A stretch of 64,000 nt of DNA from a virus (lineage: Duplodnaviria > Caudoviricetes), in the IMG/VR virus record IMGVR_UViG_3300014039_000311, positions 28,754 through 92,753 of that record. One strand, 5' to 3'. A model generated the notes under the pieces. It was not told the DNA's origin, did not search any database, and was given only the letters and a program-made list of their open reading frames with translations. The position numbers and the translations under genes were made by a program. This document shows, piece by piece, positions 60,403-64,000 of this stretch (position 1 is the first letter of the stretch; the number at the start of each line of letters is the position of its first letter).

Positions 60403-61840
60403 AACCGTTCTTAGGGGCATTTATTACCTGACCAATTCCTTGACTATATGAAGTCCTCATCTTACCGAAAGTTATTGGTATAAGATATTTTACACCCAAT
60501 TTTGTCAATTGGTAACATATATCACTCAACGTTGCGCCTCCTGATATATTATCATCAAAAATAACTACGATACTGTCATCGGTATTCCCCAATTCGTCCT
60601 TCGCCACCTTATCGTTAATGGAGAAATAATTACGTAAGGCCATTCGACTATCGTTTCCTAATTTTTTAATTTGGAAATTTGCAGGCTGCCACATACAGAT
60701 ATCATATGGCTTTAGAGGAATACCGTCTGTCATATTATAATCTTTCAGTATCTGTAATACTCTTTGTGTTCTACCTTCGATTGAAGGTCCTTTTGAATAC
60801 TTAATTGCTTCGGCCACCTTTTTTAAATGAGGTTTATGATATTTATTCGCAATGGTATCGTAGTATTCAGCAACGACAGTTATATTCTTGACTGCATCCT
60901 GATATTCAATATATAAGTCGTGTAATCTCTTGATTGATTTTAAAGTGGGTTCACCATATTTTTCTGGATTACTAAGTCTTGATTGCACATAGTTTAATTG
61001 ATACAAAAGGGTGCCTGTTTGTTTACGATTTTCAATCTTAGTAAATTCATTCGCTTTATCAATTTCAGCCTTAACAGATTCTAATCTGGACATACGATTC
61101 AAGTCATTGTCTACTGCTTGCATATGACTACCTCCATTACCACCTTTTTTCCAACGGTTTGAATCATAGTAGTCTTGATTTTTGGCAATAAAATCATCAT
61201 CTTTCTCAATATTGGTAGTATCTTTCCTTAAAAGGTTACTATTGATTATCGAAACCGGTAGTCCATCTATGGTATGGCTATTCTTTACGATACGATTAGC
61301 CATCTCGGTATTAAAATTACTGCTCGAAGGAACAGGATATACGTATACTCGTGAAAATGTAATGTCTTTATTATTACCAATGAATTGACTTGCACGATAA
61401 TTTACGACGGCATCCACCTTATCCAAGAATTGCTGCATAAAGTTCCTAAATTCAGTGTCCTGCATTTCCAAGTCATATTCGGTATCACCTAATTTTATTC
61501 TTGTTTCTTCATTATTGAATTTGCGCTTAAAATAATGCATTACTTCAGTTCCATTAATATCAGTGATGTTATACGACGTGATACCTCCCTTTAGTTTAAC
61601 CTCATAGGTCGATTGACCGTTTCCATTATCCATTAGATTTGTCTTCAGCATATCAAGAGATGTCATGTTCCCATGATTTCTTGTAAGACCTCCTGTATTG
61701 TTTCTTTTGTAGGTCAGATTCGCAATATTTTTGTTCTTGCCGTTCGATACACCATTGATGAAGACATCCTCAGCTATGAGATTTATGTCATTTATATATC
61801 TATAATATACATCTTCGTTTATCTTGATAGTTTTCACCAT
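60392..61840 (-). CDS. type I phosphoribosyltransferase-domain protein with IxE leader
   Basis: VYPVPSSS and VVIFDDNISGGATL PRPP-binding loop; leader MVKTIKINED...LIAE. Confidence 0.65.
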   Translation of the reverse strand: MVKTIKINEDVYYRYINDINLIAEDVFINGVSNGKNKNIANLTYKRNNTGGLTRNHGNMTSLDMLKTNLMDNGNGQSTYEVKLKGGITSYNITDINGTEVMHYFKRKFNNEETRIKLGDTEYDLEMQDTEFRNFMQQFLDKVDAVVNYRASQFIGNNKDITFSRVYVYPVPSSSNFNTEMANRIVKNSHTIDGLPVSIINSNLLRKDTTNIEKDDDFIAKNQDYYDSNRWKKGGNGGSHMQAVDNDLNRMSRLESVKAEIDKANEFTKIENRKQTGTLLYQLNYVQSRLSNPEKYGEPTLKSIKRLHDLYIEYQDAVKNITVVAEYYDTIANKYHKPHLKKVAEAIKYSKGPSIEGRTQRVLQILKDYNMTDGIPLKPYDICMWQPANFQIKKLGNDSRMALRNYFSINDKVAKDELGNTDDSIVVIFDDNISGGATLSDICYQLTKLGVKYLIPITFGKMRTSYSQGIGQVINAPKNGFKY

Positions 61841-61940
61841 TTACAGTTCTTAGCCAATGTAATTATAAATAGTAGACAAAAATCCTTAGGCATTTTAAAG
61901 ATGCCTAAGGAAACGAATATATAATACGAGAAAGTCTTTT

Positions 61941-62687
61941 TTAATCAAGTACTATGATTGATAACGATTTCATTTCAGGTGCGTTACGATTTGTTCCTTG
62001 ACTTGGTATAACAGCATCAGGTGAACTTGCAGCATCTTTCAATTGTTTTACTAGATCCTCGAATGAAGAAGAATCTTTGCCATCGGCATTTACGACATAT
62101 CTTACGCCTGTTTGCCCTTGCGAATTTGAAACATCATAACTTGCACTGTAAGACCATCCGTTGCGCTCAAGGATATCGTTGAAATCATAAAAATCCAATG
62201 AGGCGTTATCTTCGGACTCATCCAATTCATTGTCATTTCCATAATTCCAATCCTTGAAGTCCTCCCTTATATTTCCTTTGCGAGTTTTACCTTCAATAAG
62301 GCATTCATCGCCATTACTCCAATTGGCATCATCGTCAGGATCGATACCTAATCTTTTGAGACCTCTTAGAGTAATTATCTTTATCTTTTTAGGGTCAAGT
62401 TCATTGTCAAGTAAATCATCGGTAAAATAGTCTTTCTTGAATCTCCTTAAGTCCTCAGGATCGTATCCATTATAATCCCAAGCGTTTATTATCTTACCCG
62501 TTAATTTTGAGACTGCGAAATAATTGTAACTGCCTTCGTCTGGTGTATTATTAAATCCTTCAAGACATAAGTTCTTAACCTTATTGCAACGAGGATCAAC
62601 GCCATTACGTATCATACACTCCTTCATTAATTCATTTGTCCTCTGAGAGATATATTCTTTGATTTCTTTGCGATTAAAATTCTGCAT
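61941..62687 (-). CDS. putative head-packaged multidomain protein
   Basis: Several L/I-x-E sites separating short domains; TATTTAT on minus at 62713-62719. Confidence 0.5.
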   Translation of the reverse strand: MQNFNRKEIKEYISQRTNELMKECMIRNGVDPRCNKVKNLCLEGFNNTPDEGSYNYFAVSKLTGKIINAWDYNGYDPEDLRRFKKDYFTDDLLDNELDPKKIKIITLRGLKRLGIDPDDDANWSNGDECLIEGKTRKGNIREDFKDWNYGNDNELDESEDNASLDFYDFNDILERNGWSYSASYDVSNSQGQTGVRYVVNADGKDSSSFEDLVKQLKDAASSPDAVIPSQGTNRNAPEMKSLSIIVLD

Positions 62688-62830
62688 AATTTCGATATAA
62701 ATATTATATTATATAAATATAACAGTATTTTTCAATTTAATGTTTTTGCTTCATTTTAATATGTCTTTAAAATGAAGCAATTTTATTAAAATTACAAATT
62801 ATTTATGAATATAAATAATTCAAAAAGATA

Positions 62831-63976
62831 ATGATAATAAAACTTTCGAGAAAACAGCTTGATGAGGTCAGATATATAGACGCAGCCAATCGGGATATGA
62901 CATCACGGATGGATAGACCTTATCGTAAAGATTGGCAAGAAAAATATAACCAACAGCCAATCACGAATAACGATAAAATCAGAGTGTACCATGGATGCTC
63001 ATTGAAAACTGCATTGGATATATGCAAGAACGGAACGAGTGGAAAAGAATATCATCCACGTACTTACTCGTATGAGAACGGAATGAATCCATTGGGCATC
63101 TTCGTAACTGTTAATTTTGACAAAGCCAAGGATTTTGGCTATGACCCAAAGGCGATGTGTATTCTTGAATTTACAGTAAAAGCCTCTGATTTGGAAGCAC
63201 CTGTATGGAATAACTCAGATTCGTATTTTGGCCAAGGGTCAAACCCTCAGCCATTTAGAGATGCAGATGAAAGAAAGAAGCAGAAACAGAAATATGATGA
63301 CGATGCAAGAAATTTTCCTGATGAGACATATTGGGATTATAATAAGAAAAAAGATGTTAAATTAGACCGTAGCTATATTCGTAACTCTGACAAACCCGCA
63401 ATGGCTAAAAGTGTATTCGACAACTATGAACACCAAGCGTTATTTATGGGCGACCTTAATCCGAACATGATAAAATATGTATGGGTCTGTGAGAATGGTC
63501 AGAATCAATATCAACGATATACTGAAAAAGACTTTTTAATAAAATATAATACCGATGATAATGGCAAAAAGAAATTAAGACTTCGTAAGGATAAGCTGTT
63601 TCTACCGGATGAAAGTGTCAAATCTTGGGATGAGGTAATTAATCGAATTGTAAAACGAGATGAAGGAAGTCCTTGGGCAATGAGTAAGGAAGAGGTAATT
63701 AACGTATTCAAAGAATACAATATAATGGATAATCCAAACTCAAGCTTTGCATTGGATTACATTAAGCAAATATTTTGGCCTAGACAAATAATCCAATTGT
63801 ACGGTAAGGATTTCTTTAATAAGAATTTTAATCACCTTGAACAAGACTTTAACGAAAACCTTACGTATAATGATAGTTTTATATTGACCGAAGGCTCTTG
63901 GGGATATGAACTTAATCAAAATGACTCTACCCTTGATACTATTAACAGATGGTATGGTCAATTACCCACAGGCTGA
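62831..63976 (+). CDS. ART-like domain protein with leader, truncated by IS insertion
   Basis: IRVYHGCS...GIFVT...AKDFG...ILEF ART-like core; last residues QLPTG* come from the IS. Confidence 0.55.
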   Translation: MIIKLSRKQLDEVRYIDAANRDMTSRMDRPYRKDWQEKYNQQPITNNDKIRVYHGCSLKTALDICKNGTSGKEYHPRTYSYENGMNPLGIFVTVNFDKAKDFGYDPKAMCILEFTVKASDLEAPVWNNSDSYFGQGSNPQPFRDADERKKQKQKYDDDARNFPDETYWDYNKKKDVKLDRSYIRNSDKPAMAKSVFDNYEHQALFMGDLNPNMIKYVWVCENGQNQYQRYTEKDFLIKYNTDDNGKKKLRLRKDKLFLPDESVKSWDEVINRIVKRDEGSPWAMSKEEVINVFKEYNIMDNPNSSFALDYIKQIFWPRQIIQLYGKDFFNKNFNHLEQDFNENLTYNDSFILTEGSWGYELNQNDSTLDTINRWYGQLPTG

Positions 63977-64000
63977 AGACTTGTGGGCTTGTCACGAAGT
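63957..64000 (-). mobile_element. right end of a third copy of the IS605-family element (continues beyond window)
   Basis: gtcaattacccacaggctgaagacttgtgggcttgtcacgaagt is identical to 36298-36341 and 39729-39772. Confidence 0.9.

Noticed and set aside
1-64000. TAG-to-Gln recoding (code 15) as in Lak and some crAss-like phages
   Set aside because: Long conserved genes are intact in code 11, and TAG ends genes right before the next start (6820, 38412, 44254). The in-frame TAG at 39473 lies in a decayed gene.
36298-64000. CRISPR array suggested by the three identical hairpin repeats
   Set aside because: The repeats are kilobases apart and are IS ends; there is no repeat-spacer periodicity and no cas genes.
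1-64000. tRNA or rRNA genes
   Set aside because: No cloverleaf or T-loop signature was seen in the short AT-rich intergenic regions by eye; tRNAscan was not run.

Overview
A 64-kb, AT-rich segment of a large T4-like (myovirus-type) jumbo phage in the standard genetic code. The host is probably Bacteroidota, inferred from repeated TTTG-N19/20-TAnnTTTG promoters. The window holds the head module (gp23-like capsid, gp22-like scaffold, gp21-like protease, gp20-like portal, gp17-like terminase) and a gp55-like late sigma factor. It also carries baseplate/virion genes, two glycosyltransferases, ClpX and a ClpC-like ATPase, thyA, a dNMP kinase, a NUDIX hydrolase, a UvrD-like helicase, nadD, a DNA methyltransferase and many free-standing endonucleases. 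An IS200/IS605 (tnpB-only) element occurs as one full copy, one 216-bp internally deleted copy and a third copy cut by the window edge. The most notable observation is a candidate SAM 'destroy-and-rebuild' locus at about 50.7-56.6 kb. A SAM-II (long-loop type) riboswitch precedes a phage metK. After a terminator and a late promoter come two T3-SAMase-like (SAM lyase) paralogs with putative capsid-targeting leaders, and further on a DNA methyltransferase. These lyases belong to a larger set of late-promoter genes with [ILV]-x-E-rich leaders and diverse enzymatic payloads (ART-like, nucleotidyltransferase, PRTase, metallopeptidase), which look like protease-processed virion cargo. All protein family calls come from motif recognition, not database searches.
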